A DNA stretch of 63,703 nt, filler included, from Octopus bimaculoides (lineage: Eukaryota), in NCBI RefSeq assembly GCF_001194135.2. It is 5 parts of 4 records of this genome, joined end to end, with 100 filler letters (N's around TTAATTAATTAA, not from the genome) between each part and the next. Parts side by side here need not be neighbours in the genome. Positions count along the whole stretch, not along the records: positions 25,336 to 56,498 come from NC_068987.1; positions 56,599 to 62,262 come from NC_068991.1; positions 62,363 to 63,703 come from NC_068991.1; 2 more parts are not named here. One strand, 5' to 3'. Below, piece by piece: positions 51,586 through 63,703 of the stretch (its first letter is position 1; each line of letters opens with the position of its first letter). Both the position numbers and the translations under genes were made by a program. The notes beneath the pieces are model-generated. The model was not told the origin of the DNA. It searched no databases and saw nothing but the letters and a program-made list of their open reading frames with translations.

Positions 51586-52405
51586 ATGATCTTTAGGTGT
51601 TTAGGTTCAGTTGACGTAAACAAACATACACTAGTATTAATAGAGTTTTGATCAGAGAGAGAGAGCAATAATACTGCATGATGTTGTTAGCTGAAATTAA
51701 GCAATTATCGTTCGATCTGATAAACACAGAGAGCGTAGCAATGTGGTAAACACTAAGTCAGAAAGAGATGAACTGTGTTCGAGATGGCTATATAGCACTC
51801 AGAGATATGTGTGATGCAAGGATAATAACTAGTGCTCTAATTAAAAGATTCCTCTTACGATCCATCTGCATTAGTGTAGGAGGAATAATAGAACTAAGAG
51901 AAGGAGATATGAATATTGAATTTACTTAGGATGACTACTGCAGGGGCACGTGAAGTGAGAATATTATCAAGGGTATAGAACTAGAGTGAATTGAACCGCA
52001 CAATAGTTGAATTAGAAAATCAATATAAAAGAACAAGGGAAGGTGAGACTTTGAGCCTGATTAACAGGAAATCTATATTTCTGGTAAGTAATCATATGCT
52101 GAGAAGTGAATGTTGGGCAAAGTAGAACTTGATATATGCTCTGATAACACTGTTCAAACAAAATTTTCAGTGTAGAAAGCAGCTTAAAACTAAAAACATT
52201 GGTAAAAGAGGAAGTGAGATATTTGTTTCTCGAGAAGAGAATCCGTGGTTTTTCTGTGGTCAGTAAGTCTGCAGGTGATGTTAGACAATGGCTATTCTGA
52301 CTTGCAGTTCACTAACCTTCAGAAAAGGAAAAACAGAGTGTGTAATATCCAGTGCATTTCGCGTTAACTTGTAGCTCAGTGTGATTTTCATGTAATTTGA
52401 CTTTG

Positions 52406-52429
52406 ACTATCACCGAGAGAGAGAGAGAG

Positions 52430-52519
<90 letters not shown>
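52406..52519. repeat. (GA)n microsatellite
   Basis: Long, nearly pure (GA)n run. Confidence 0.95.
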
Positions 52520-52523
<4 letters not shown>

Positions 52524-55500
52524 CAAAACTCATGTGTTATCGCTAAATCATTATTCTCTGTAATAGACCGATTGGATGAATGACTTTCTTGAAATTCTGT
52601 ACTTTGCTAAGAGATTATTTCTAAAGTGGGAGAGAACGAAACTTGACTTATAGGGTAGCTGATGGGAGAAGTTTCTTAGAGTGTGATTTACGTTATCAGA
52701 CTTTCGAAATATCTAACAGTGGTCCCTTTTGAAAAAAAAAAAAAATTCAACAATACATTCTGACAAACAGTAAAAAAGAAAGAATAGAAGAGAGTCGTGG
52801 AGTCAACGAATCACGACATTTTCCGTATAGGAAGCTTATTTCTTTCGCTTCGGAAAAATTAACTTATGAAACAGACGAGTATATTCGAAAAAAGTAGAGA
52901 AGTTCTCTTATATGATTTAGATTCCTCTCTAAGCTGTAACAACGAATTGTTAGCCGTGCAGAGGAGCCACTGTCCTTTAGACGTGAAGCATCATCGTGGC
53001 TCAAGTAGCGATGATTCACTGATGGTTAATTGTAAGATTCCAAATCAGTGGAGGAATTAGCTACATATACACTGACTCGCATGCATAAACACATCCATGT
53101 GCACTCGTACACAGACACAGGCACATATATACACATACACTTATGAACATACACCCAAACATATACGCACATACACACACGCACACATACATACGCAAAC
53201 ACGTACACAAAGGGTGAGAAGAGTGAGAGAAGGGGAGGTGGGGTCAACTCACGCTTTTCTCCTGTAGGTGAGATATTCATATTAACGTCAGTGACTGAAA
53301 TATTACTAATTTGAAAATGCACATTTTAAGTCAGCCGACAGCTATGAATGTAAGCTAAAAATATATGAATTTACTGACTAATAAACATATTTACAGAGCT
53401 TTAAAAATCAATTATATATATATGCCGAGGCAAATGGAGTAGTTCATTTATTGATGTTCTGAAGGAGTAAGTGGGCGATCGATGGCATATATTAAAATTA
53501 TTTGAATAGCATTGAATGGTTGAAGGATGAGAAACTTCTGTAATTATATTCATATATATTATTAGCAAAATGAAATAATTTTGCAAATAAATGTAAATGT
53601 GTAAACTTAGCTTAATACAGATTCTGGTTTATAAAGTGAAATAATTTGATAATAAAGAGACATGTTATACAAAACCAAAACAGTTGGTCAACTTTCTAAA
53701 ATTTAGTACAGAACAGCTAGGAAATTGTGACTTGAGAACATTAAAGCGAAAGGGTAGAAACTAGGAACCAAGACCGGATGCTGTAAACAGCTAGGAATCG
53801 CAATCGGATAAACTACACAACCAGAGAATGAAATTGGACACGTCTTAATGGGAGTTTGGCTATGGCTCTATGATATCAGTATAACATTTGAGTTGTCGAT
53901 TGCAGTATAACGTTATATTTGCTTCGGCACTACATATTCTAAAATTTGGAACAATATCAGTTATATCTTTGCTGCCATATTTGTGATAGTGCTAGGTCTA
54001 TGTCCTGTTACTGCGCTTGGTCGATTGATTAGTCATTTCTATCAGTACTCGGAGAAATATGAACGCAGAGTACAAGGAACAGATACTACAAGACAACTCG
54101 TCAGATATAAAAATGTATGCGACGCGTACATTTTTATATCTTAAGAAGAAAGAATTAGCTTTAAATTTCTTAGGGTGGGAAAATTTATAAGTGACTGTCC
54201 GCAATCTATTATATGAACTTTATATATCTGCTCTACGTTTTGCGTCAAGCTGTGCCTCATATAACCTTTACTCTACTGTATAACTTATACCCATATATGT
54301 TAATCGTTTACAATGTGAATGTTCCTATATAACTTCAAACGTCCGAATATATATGTACACATTTACACATATACACACTCATACATATATATATAATTGA
54401 AACATATAATTAAATCACTTAATATAGTGCTCACCACCACAACAACAATCCCCACCACCACCACCACCACCTCAGGTATTATCTCCATCAACGCCACAAA
54501 CATTCAATTTTCTTCCAACTATTTTCTTTCATTTACGAAGCCTCCTACAAAAATACAAAAATTCAAACAAAACATTAAATATATAAATATAATGAAATCT
54601 ATAAAAAAAAAAGCAAAACAAAATAAATACTTATAAAATAAACAGAAAGGAAGAAAAAAGCCCAAATCTCCAACTACTACAATAACAACGAAACAGGAAA
54701 TCTAACCAGGAAGATGAAAAATAGAGCTGCCATATATTTGTAGTTTTTGCAACAATGTCCGGCGTTTCTATTTAATTTATTATATCGCATTATTGGCTCT
54801 TGAACAACTTTGTTCTATTCTATTGTATTGTGTATTACGACTGACTTAATGCCGCAACATTCTGATTGTCCTTTGTTCGGTCATCAAATCATTTTGTCTG
54901 AACAAGAGTTTAGTTTGTGTATATGTGTGGCAGTGGTGGGTTATACGTATGTCGCCTATGTAACTAACACACTCCTCTCCCCCTCTCTCTCTCATTCTCT
55001 CTCTCTCACTCTCTCTCTCGCACACTCTCTCTCTCACTCTCTCTCTCACTCTCTCCCTCACACACTCTCCCTCACTCTCTGTGTATATATATATATATAT
55101 ATANNNNNNNNNNNNNNNNNNNNNNNNNNNNNNNNNNNNNNNNNNNNNNNNNNNNNNNNNNNNNNNNNNNNNNNNNNNNNNNNNNNNNNNNNNNNNNNNN
55201 NNNNNNNNNNNNNNNNNNNNNNNNNNNNNNNNNNNNNNNNNNNNNNNNNNNNNNNNNNNNNNNNNNNNNNNNNNNNNNNNNNNNNNNNNNNNNNNNNNNN
55301 NNNNNNNNNNNNNNNNNNNNNNNNNNNNNNNNNNNNNNNNNNNNNNNNNNNNNNNNNNNNNNNNNNNNNNNNNNNNNNNNNNNNNNNNNNNNNNNNNNNN
55401 NNNNNNNNNNNNNNNNNNNNNNNNNNNNNNNNNNNNNNNNNNNNNNNNNNNNNNNNNNNNNNNNNNNNNNNNNNNNNNNNNNNNNNNNNNNNNNNNNNNN

Positions 55501-56039
55501 NNNNNNNNNNNNNNNNNNNNNNNNNNNNNNNNNNNNNNNNNNNNNNNNNNNNNNNNNNNNNNNNNNNNNNNNNNNNNNNNNNNNNNNNNNNNNNNNNNNN
55601 NNNNNNNNNNNNNNNNNNNNNNNNNNNNNNNNNNNNNNNNNNNNNNNNNNNNNNNNNNNNNNNNNNNNNNNNNNNNNNNNNNNNNNNNNNNNNNNNNNNN
55701 NNNNNNNNNNNNNNNNNNNNNNNNNNNNNNNNNNNNNNNNNNNNNNNNNNNNNNNNNNNNNNNNNNNNNNNNNNNNNNNNNNNNNNNNNNNNNNNNNNNN
55801 NNNNNNNNNNNNNNNNNNNNNNNNNNNNNNNNNNNNNNNNNNNNNNNNNNNNNNNNNNNNNNNNNNNNNNNNNNNNNNNNNNNNNNNNNNNNNNNNNNNN
55901 NNNNNNNNNNNNNNNNNNNNNNNNNNNNNNNNNNNNNNNNNNNNNNNNNNNTCTCACACGCGCGCGCGCACACACACTCACACTCACACACACACTCTCT
56001 CACACGTACGCACGCACGCGCGCACACACGCACACACGC

Positions 56040-56074
<35 letters not shown>

Positions 56075-57547
56075 CACACGCAGAGTAAGGACTCACTCGC
56101 CGATAGACCTCGTATGAGAGCTCTGCAATTTCTTGTTGAACAACCACACATGATTTATTTATAGTAATCAAATGTTTGTGCTCACATAAGCGAACTCCCT
56201 CCATCAAATGGACATTATCTGAACGGGGCACGACGTGTCACACCTTACATGACGAAGTAATCGCAGAGCAAGGTGAAATGAAGTGTTTTCCTGAATATGA
56301 CTGAATATCTATATCTATCCATTCATCCATCTATCCATCCATGCGTCCGTCCATCCATCAGTTCGACCGTACGTCCGTCTGTCTGTCTGTCTGTCTGCCT
56401 GCTTCCCTGCCTGCCTGCCTGCCTGTCTGTCTGTCTGTCTGTCTGTGTGTCTGTGTGTGTGTCTGTGTGTGTGTGTGTGTGTGTCTGTCTGTCTGTATNN
56501 NNNNNNNNNNNNNNNNNNNNNNNNNNNNNNNNNNNNNNNNNNTTAATTAATTAANNNNNNNNNNNNNNNNNNNNNNNNNNNNNNNNNNNNNNNNNNNNAA
56601 GAAGAAGAAGAAGAAGAAGAAGAAGAAGAAGAAGAAGAAGAAGAAGAAGAAGAAGAATTATGATAATAATAATGAAGAAAGAAAAGACAAAAGGAATTTC
56701 ATTTCTTTGAAAACGCTTTTTCTTTTTGAATGAACCATAACTTTCAAGGTTTATCTGCAAATGGCCATCACAGATGATTGGGAGTTCAAATAAAACAAAA
56801 ACTTACGGAGGGTTGAACACACAAAAAAAAAATGCAAAAGTCCTTGTCGTATCTCCTACTGCTATTGCTTCTCCTGCCGCTGTTGTTGTTGTTGATTAGT
56901 TTTGTGTCAAACTTGATCGAGTAGAGCTAAGATCAGAGGTATATTGGCCGTGACTTCTGTTCAGAAACGATGACAGAAGCATCCTATATTTAATGAAAAA
57001 TCATCTATCCTCATTTATCACGGATGCTTGGTTAATTTCCAAAGCAAATAAACAACAAAAAAAATCGTGTTAAATATCTCAGTGTTAAATGAATAACAGA
57101 ACCTATAGGAGTCAAAAGGTTTCGTTCAGAGACCTCTAGGTGTCCCTTCTACACAAATAACACCACAAAATAGCTTTAAGACACACATAATGATATTATT
57201 TCATGTTTGGAATAATATTCAAAGCACAATTTTATAACATATGATCAGTGAATAACAAATACACTCGTCTACGTCGTTTTCTTTTTTTTTTTTTTGGATC
57301 AGGCGTTTTCGTATATTTTCTGATCACATATTGTTGGATGCGAGTGTGTAAATGCGTGTAAAAGATGGGTTGATTTGCAATACGGTGATGTAAACACGAG
57401 CGATAATCAGTGCATTCTGGGTAGCTGATTATTGTAGATTTTCGTGGGGGACGGGACGCTTTTGGGAACCAAGTAGAAACTTTGACTGGTCGCCGACCTG
57501 TGTTATCACAGAGCAGTCCGCGATAAGTGAAACATAGTTCACAATAG

Positions 57548-57990
57548 TTATTTCTTTATTGCCCACAGGGGGATAAACATAGGGAGGACAAACAAGGACA
57601 GACAAAGGGATTAAGTCGATTACATCGACCCCAGTACGCAACTGGTACTTAATTTATCGACCCCGAAAAGATGAAAGGCAAAGTCGACCTCAGCGGAATT
57701 TGCACTCAGAACGTAACGGCAGACGAAATACCGCTAAACATTTCGTCGACGTGCTGACGTTTCTAATTTCCTTATTGCCCACAAGGGGCTAAACATAGAG
57801 GGGGCAAACAAGGACAGACAAAGGGATTAAGTCGATTACATCGACCCAAGTACGTAACTGGTACTTATTTAATCGACCCCGAAAAGATGAAAGGCAAATT
57901 CGACCTCGGTGGAATTTAAACTCAGAACTTAACGGCAGACGAAATACCGCTAGGCATTTCGTCCGGCGCGCTAACGATTCTGCCAGCTCG
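57548..57990 (-). mobile_element. Two tandem SINE family A copies
   Basis: 57548-57765 and 57766-57990, near consensus. Confidence 0.88.
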
Positions 57991-58110
57991 CAGCCCTGTT
58001 CACAATAATGCGTGTCCTGTTATCCGGACCACTGACGAATGAATCTGTGATAGGGCAAATAACAACAAGCCAGCCGACACCAAAGATCTCTGTGAGACAT
58101 CTTTATCAAT

Positions 58111-58153
58111 GTGCCTGAAGAGACCCAGACTGATGGGTCGAAACATGCTGTAC
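58111..58153 (+). ncRNA. Candidate minimal type-I hammerhead ribozyme (probably inactivated relic)
   Basis: GTGC-CTGAAGA-GACCCA(gactga)TGGGTC-GAA-ACATGC-T-GTAC: canonical core, perfect 6-bp stem II, near-palindromic stem III and a 4-bp stem I. C occupies position 16.1. Confidence 0.55.
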
Positions 58154-58346
58154 CTAGTAAAAGTCTAATACGAAATCCATCTCCTTCTATTGATACTCTT
58201 ACCCTAACTGCCACTGCGAAGTTCCTGAAGTAAATCCAACGGAAGTGTACCACAACTAAGGATGACAACAGGTAGCTTAGACTGTGCCGGTGCTCTATTC
58301 AACATTTAAATACACTAATCTAATTATACGTATTGTCTAAATTTTC

Positions 58347-58446
<100 letters not shown>

Positions 58447-58527
58447 NNNNNNNNNNNNNNNNNNNNNNNNNNNNNNNNNNNNNNNNNNNNNNNNNNNNNN
58501 NNCAACATGGCAATTCTCCTACTTATT

Positions 58528-58962
58528 AAGGCGGCGAGCTGGCAGAATCGTTAGCACGCCGGGCGAAATGCTTAGCGGTATTTCGTCTGCCGTTACATTC
58601 TGAGTTCAAATTCCGCCGAGGTCGACTTTGCCTTTCATCCTTTCGGGGTCGATAAATTAAGTACCATTTACGCACTGGGGTCGATGTAATTGACTTAATC
58701 CCTTTGTCTGTCCTTGTTTGTCCCCTCTATATTTAGCCCCTTGTAGGCAATAAAGAAATAAGAAACGTTAGCACGCCGGGCGAAATGTGTAGCGGTATTT
58801 CGTCTGTCTTTACGTTCTCAGGCCCAATTCCCTCCGAGGTCGACTTTGCCTTTCATCCTTTTGGGGTCGATAAATTAAGTATCACTTACGTACTGGGGTC
58901 GATCTAATTGACTGGCCTCCTTCCCCCAAATTTCGGGCCTTTTGCCTAGAGTAGAAAAGAAT
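58528..58962 (+). mobile_element. Two tandem SINE family A copies with different tails
   Basis: 58528-58760 (ccctttgtctgtcc tail) and 58763-58962 (ccccaaatttcgggcc tail). Confidence 0.88.
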
Positions 58963-59690
58963 TCTCCTACTTATTTTGTCGAATCTATCCAAATGTTTCT
59001 CTAAGATGAAGAAACAGAAAATTTTGTTTAGATTTAGCCTGAACTATATTTAAGATGTACGTTAAATCATTGGGTCAAACACAAAGTTAAAAGTATATTA
59101 AGGCCATAGAATATTTATTTGTGGCAATTCGTGAAGAAAGGTGCAAATTAGAGTCAGTTTTATTGAATATCGTTTCCGGCATTATGGCAAAAAGAATTTA
59201 TAAGTTGCAAGACAAATGATATTTGTTGGTTCCAGGCGTTAGTATAATTTAGCACTTTCTAAACTCTGTTCTTTTATAAATCAAGAAGCTGTAACTGATT
59301 CAATTTCCATATAAAATGGGCAACGTTTTACGAAGAATGAAGAATTTTACAAGTATTTTATCCTTTATTTATTTACTTACTTATCGTATTTGATAGCACA
59401 AATGATGCACGTGCATATTAGATGCATCCCCCAATTTCAGCAGCGTGTATTCTGGAAAAAATGTTTTAGTGTATTAAAACCGGTAATATTTAAAGCAATC
59501 TAGCAGCACATTACAAAAGTACCTCAACCATAGCAAAGAACGTTATTGGCGAGATGGTAGGATCGTTAGAATGCCGGCCAAACTGCTTAGCACTATTTCA
59601 TCCGTCTGTAAGTTTTGAGTTCTAAATCTGCGGAGGTCGACTTTGCTTTTCATCCTTTCAGGGTCAATAATATAAGTACTAGTTGAGTAC

Positions 59691-60041
59691 TTGTTGGCAC
59701 TCCGTCGCTTACGACGTCGAGGATTCCACTTGATCTGATCAACGGAACAGCCTGCTCGTGAAATTAACGTGCAAGTGGCTGAGCACTCCACAGACACGTG
59801 TACCCTTAATGTAGTTCTCGGGGATATTCAACGTGACACAGTGTGACAAGGCTGACCCTTTGGATTACAGGCACAACAGAAACAGGAAGTAAGAGTGAGA
59901 GAAAGTTGTGGTGAAAGAGTACAGTAGGGTTCGCTGACGGAGCCTCGTGGTGCTTTAGGTGTCTTCGCTCAATAAACATAGGAAACCGCGATCCTATGAC
60001 CGCGAGTCCGCTGCCCTAACCACTGGGCCATTGCGCCTCCA
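59691..60041 (-). mobile_element. SINE family C, second copy, abutting a truncated SINE A (59545-59690)
   Basis: Same body, with two short internal deletions, one of which damages the B box. Confidence 0.85.
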
Positions 60042-61509
60042 CTGACACAAAGTTAAACTTGATGTAAAGAAACCTCAAGCGTTTTGTCTGATGTTCTATC
60101 GTTTCTGTCAAAGGTAGCTTATTTCAGGATAGCAGAGGATTAAACAAAACTTGTAATGTCCTTGCCTATTTTTCCCTTTCTTGCCGAAAAGTATTAACAG
60201 CTAAGATGAAATGGCTTGAATAAAGAGTTAAATCCGAGTCTGAATTTCTCATTGCAGTGGTTTATTATGCTTTAAAGCTAAATGATATCATTGAGGAATT
60301 AGTGGAGGTGCGTCGCTTAGTGGTTGGGGAGTTTCACTCATAATCGTAAGATTACGGGTGACGAACCGGGCGAAGGGTTGTCTTTTTCAGCAAAACATTT
60401 CATTTTACGTCACTGCAGTCCATTCATTAAGCAAAAGATGAGTAATATTGGTGAAGCTGCGAGAGGCCTGGCATTCTGGCGATGGACCGTGGACCTGCCA
60501 ACAAAACAAACAGGTACGTCTTGACTGACGGGCCAGAGGCCAACTTCGTGAATGGTATTACCTATTGAGGAATTAAGATCGTCACTACTATGAATCACTC
60601 TCTCTCCCCTTCCCTCCTTTTCTCTCTCTCTCGTCCTCTCTGATAGTCCTGACCAAGCTATTACAACAAACCCTTTGATGAGGCTCCAGCTGGATATTTC
60701 AGAAGTTTCATCGCTATTTTGAGAACCGTTCAAGCAATTGTAGCATGGAGTCTCGGTCAAGTGCTCCAGTTACACCTGAAATAGCAGAATTTGGTCCAGT
60801 AAGTAAGGTGTTCAGAACTCGAAGTAGGGCTGGTCCCTATACATGTTTCACACAGGCCCCACGGTGTACGGACACTCCATGATGTCAAGTGAAGCAGTCC
60901 TCGAACTCAAAGGTTGAATAGGCCCTGTATCTTAAGGGTAAATTCGGAAGAGCATCAGACAGAATAATCTGTAAATAAATGTCACAGGTGTAGGTACGTG
61001 GTAAGACCTTTGATTCTCAACCATATAATTCCGGTTTCAGTCCCACTGCGTGACACCATCGGAATATACCTTCTATTATAGATTCGAGCCGACCAAATTC
61101 TTGCGAGTAGATCTGATATATATATATATATATATATATANNNNNNNNNNNNNNNNNNNNNNNNNNNNNNNNNNNNNNNNNNNNNNNNNNNNNNNNNNNN
61201 NNNNNNNNNNNNNNNNNNNNNNNNNNNNNNNNNNNNNNNNNNNNNNNNNNNNNNNNNNNNNNNNNNNNNNNNNNNNNNNNNNNNNNNNNNNNNNNNNNNN
61301 NNNNNNNNNNNNNNNNNNNNNNNNNNNNNNNNNNNNNNNNNNNNNNNNNNNNNNNNNNNNNNNNNNNNNNNNNNNNNNNNNNNNNNNNNNNNNNNNNNNN
61401 NNNNNNNNNNNNNNNNNNNNNNNNNNNNNNNNNNNNNNNNNNNNNNNNNNNNNNNNNNNNNNNNNNNNNNNNNNNNNNNNNNNNNNNNNNNNNNNNNNNN
61501 NNNNNNNNN

Positions 61510-61563
<54 letters not shown>

Positions 61564-62227
61564 CATGTGTGTGTGTGTATATATACATGTGTGTGTGTGT
61601 GTGTGTGTGTTTGCGAAACAAGTCAATCATATATATAGAGAATATCAAAAAAAAAAAGAAAGAAAATAGGAAAGAAGAACAAAAAATAATGAAAAAACTA
61701 TTAAATAATAAATGAATAAAATATAAAATTTCTCGGTTCTAAAGGAAATGGACTCGTTGCGAAAGCATAAAGTATAAAGTAGTTGATAATGTAAATAGAC
61801 TTGCACATGTGAAAAAACCAAAAGCAGGATGATGATAATATTAATCTTCAGCAATGTTGACCTCGTAAAACAATGAAGCTAGCACTAATAAACTTGAACT
61901 AATAACATAAAAAACTTAGAAAACTGTATATGTGGTGACAATAAGTGGAATCTCGTTAAGTAGAAGGTTCTTATTCTTGAGGATTGCTGTGGGAACCAAA
62001 AGGAATATATCTGAGTAGAGAACGAAAAGGTTAAGTAAAATTAGTAAGAAGGCCAGACAAGGTTAACGGTTAAACGAAGGTGAACGTCGACTCGACATAA
62101 CATAGATCATGTGTGATTTCGTTATGCATAGATTTATGTATATATGCGTATATATTTATATATATGCATGTATATGTATATATATATATATATATATATA
62201 ATATGCATATATATATATATAATATGC

Positions 62228-62262
<35 letters not shown>

Positions 62263-62362
62263 NNNNNNNNNNNNNNNNNNNNNNNNNNNNNNNNNNNNNN
62301 NNNNNNTTAATTAATTAANNNNNNNNNNNNNNNNNNNNNNNNNNNNNNNNNNNNNNNNNNNN

Positions 62363-62395
<33 letters not shown>

Positions 62396-63650
62396 ATATA
62401 TATATATATATGTATGTATGTATGTATATATGTATTAAGCATTTATCTTTTTCTTGTTTCAGTCATTAGACTGCGACCATGTTGGCAGGCGCGCTAACGT
62501 GCAACACATGCACACATATATAGAAGATACATGTATGTATTTATGTATGTATGTATGTGCCTAGACATGCATACTTGCATATATATATGTGTGTGTGTAT
62601 GCATATTTATGCTTCTATGCATGTATGAATGTATGTATGTATGTATGTATGTATGTATGTATGTATGTATATAGTTATGTATATGTGTTAGTGCGTGTGT
62701 GGGTGTGTGTGAATCTATATCTATGCATATGTATATATATTTGTGTGTATATTACGGTATATATAAATGTGGTATACACATCAACGCGCACAAACACACA
62801 CGCACACACGCACACATACATACACACTCACATACACACACATGCGCACACACACACACACATACATTCGTGCAAACAGATCCTGACAATACTGGTGCCA
62901 ATTATCAAGCCCCCCCCACCAAATCCACCGCAAAGACGACTACCATTACCACAACTAACCCCACCACCACCACCACCACCACCANNNNNNNNNNACCACC
63001 ACCACCCTAATTCACATTTCCGCCTTCCTATACCCTTTAATGACTCATTAATAAGAACAATCTCCTTAATTTGTCATGTCACCATCGGATGCCATTGTAC
63101 AGAGAGACTACCTTCTAAATATATCGAATTTCTTACTGCTCCTCTGTCATTTATCATAATGTTCCTGACCTTGTCTGAGAATAGATCCGTAGATAGGCTG
63201 ATATATCTTTAGATATATATGTACACTTCTCCCCTCCTCCTCTTGCTCTCTTTATGTATCTATCCATCAATCTATACGTTTGTGCGTAAGCGTGTCTCTC
63301 TGTCTGTGTGTATATATATATATATATATAAGTGTGTGTGCATGTGTGTATGTATGTATGTATGTATATGTGTGTGTAAGCGTGTATGTATTACTTCGTT
63401 AGTTACGTACTAGTGAAGAGCACGTGGGAGTACCACCACTGTAGTTTTCGCTTGACTGTAATACCATTGCTTTAATTTTCAAGCTGAAGTGGCAGTCTTC
63501 AGACGGAAGTGTAACAAACGAGCATTTGAGTATTTGAAATTCCTTTTGGAAATCTTCTTTGGAGACGATTAAACATTTTGGCACGAAACCGCAAGTAACG
63601 GAAAACTAGTAAAATAGTATATATTACATTGCAGCAGATTTAACACACAC

Positions 63651-63703
<53 letters not shown>

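Overview
AT-rich, microsatellite-saturated animal DNA from a gappy draft scaffold. The SINE families and repeat style point to an octopus genome (inference, not checked against a database). The only host-gene sequence I can support is two spliced + strand exons (12332-12491, 13036-13247) of a sugar-porter MFS transporter most similar to the H+/myo-inositol cotransporter SLC2A13/HMIT; I could not find its other exons. The rest is transposon debris: four Tc1/mariner elements (one near full length with both TIRs, one MITE), three RTE LINE fragments, an R4/Dong-type RLE LINE 3' end, a rearranged L1/Tx1 LINE, several dozen copies of at least four SINE families, long foldback elements and simple repeats. 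Nearly all long ORFs in the track are microsatellite or N-gap artefacts. The best lead is two minimal type-I hammerhead-ribozyme-like motifs of the Penelope-retroelement kind. One (11829-11879) has a G3-C8 covariant core, lies in the sense strand of the transporter intron, and overlaps a ~110-bp inverted repeat that could lock it off. The other (58111-58153) has a canonical core but a probably inactivating U16.1-to-C change. Neither is shown to be active or novel, and I see no CRISPR, rRNA or true tRNA genes.
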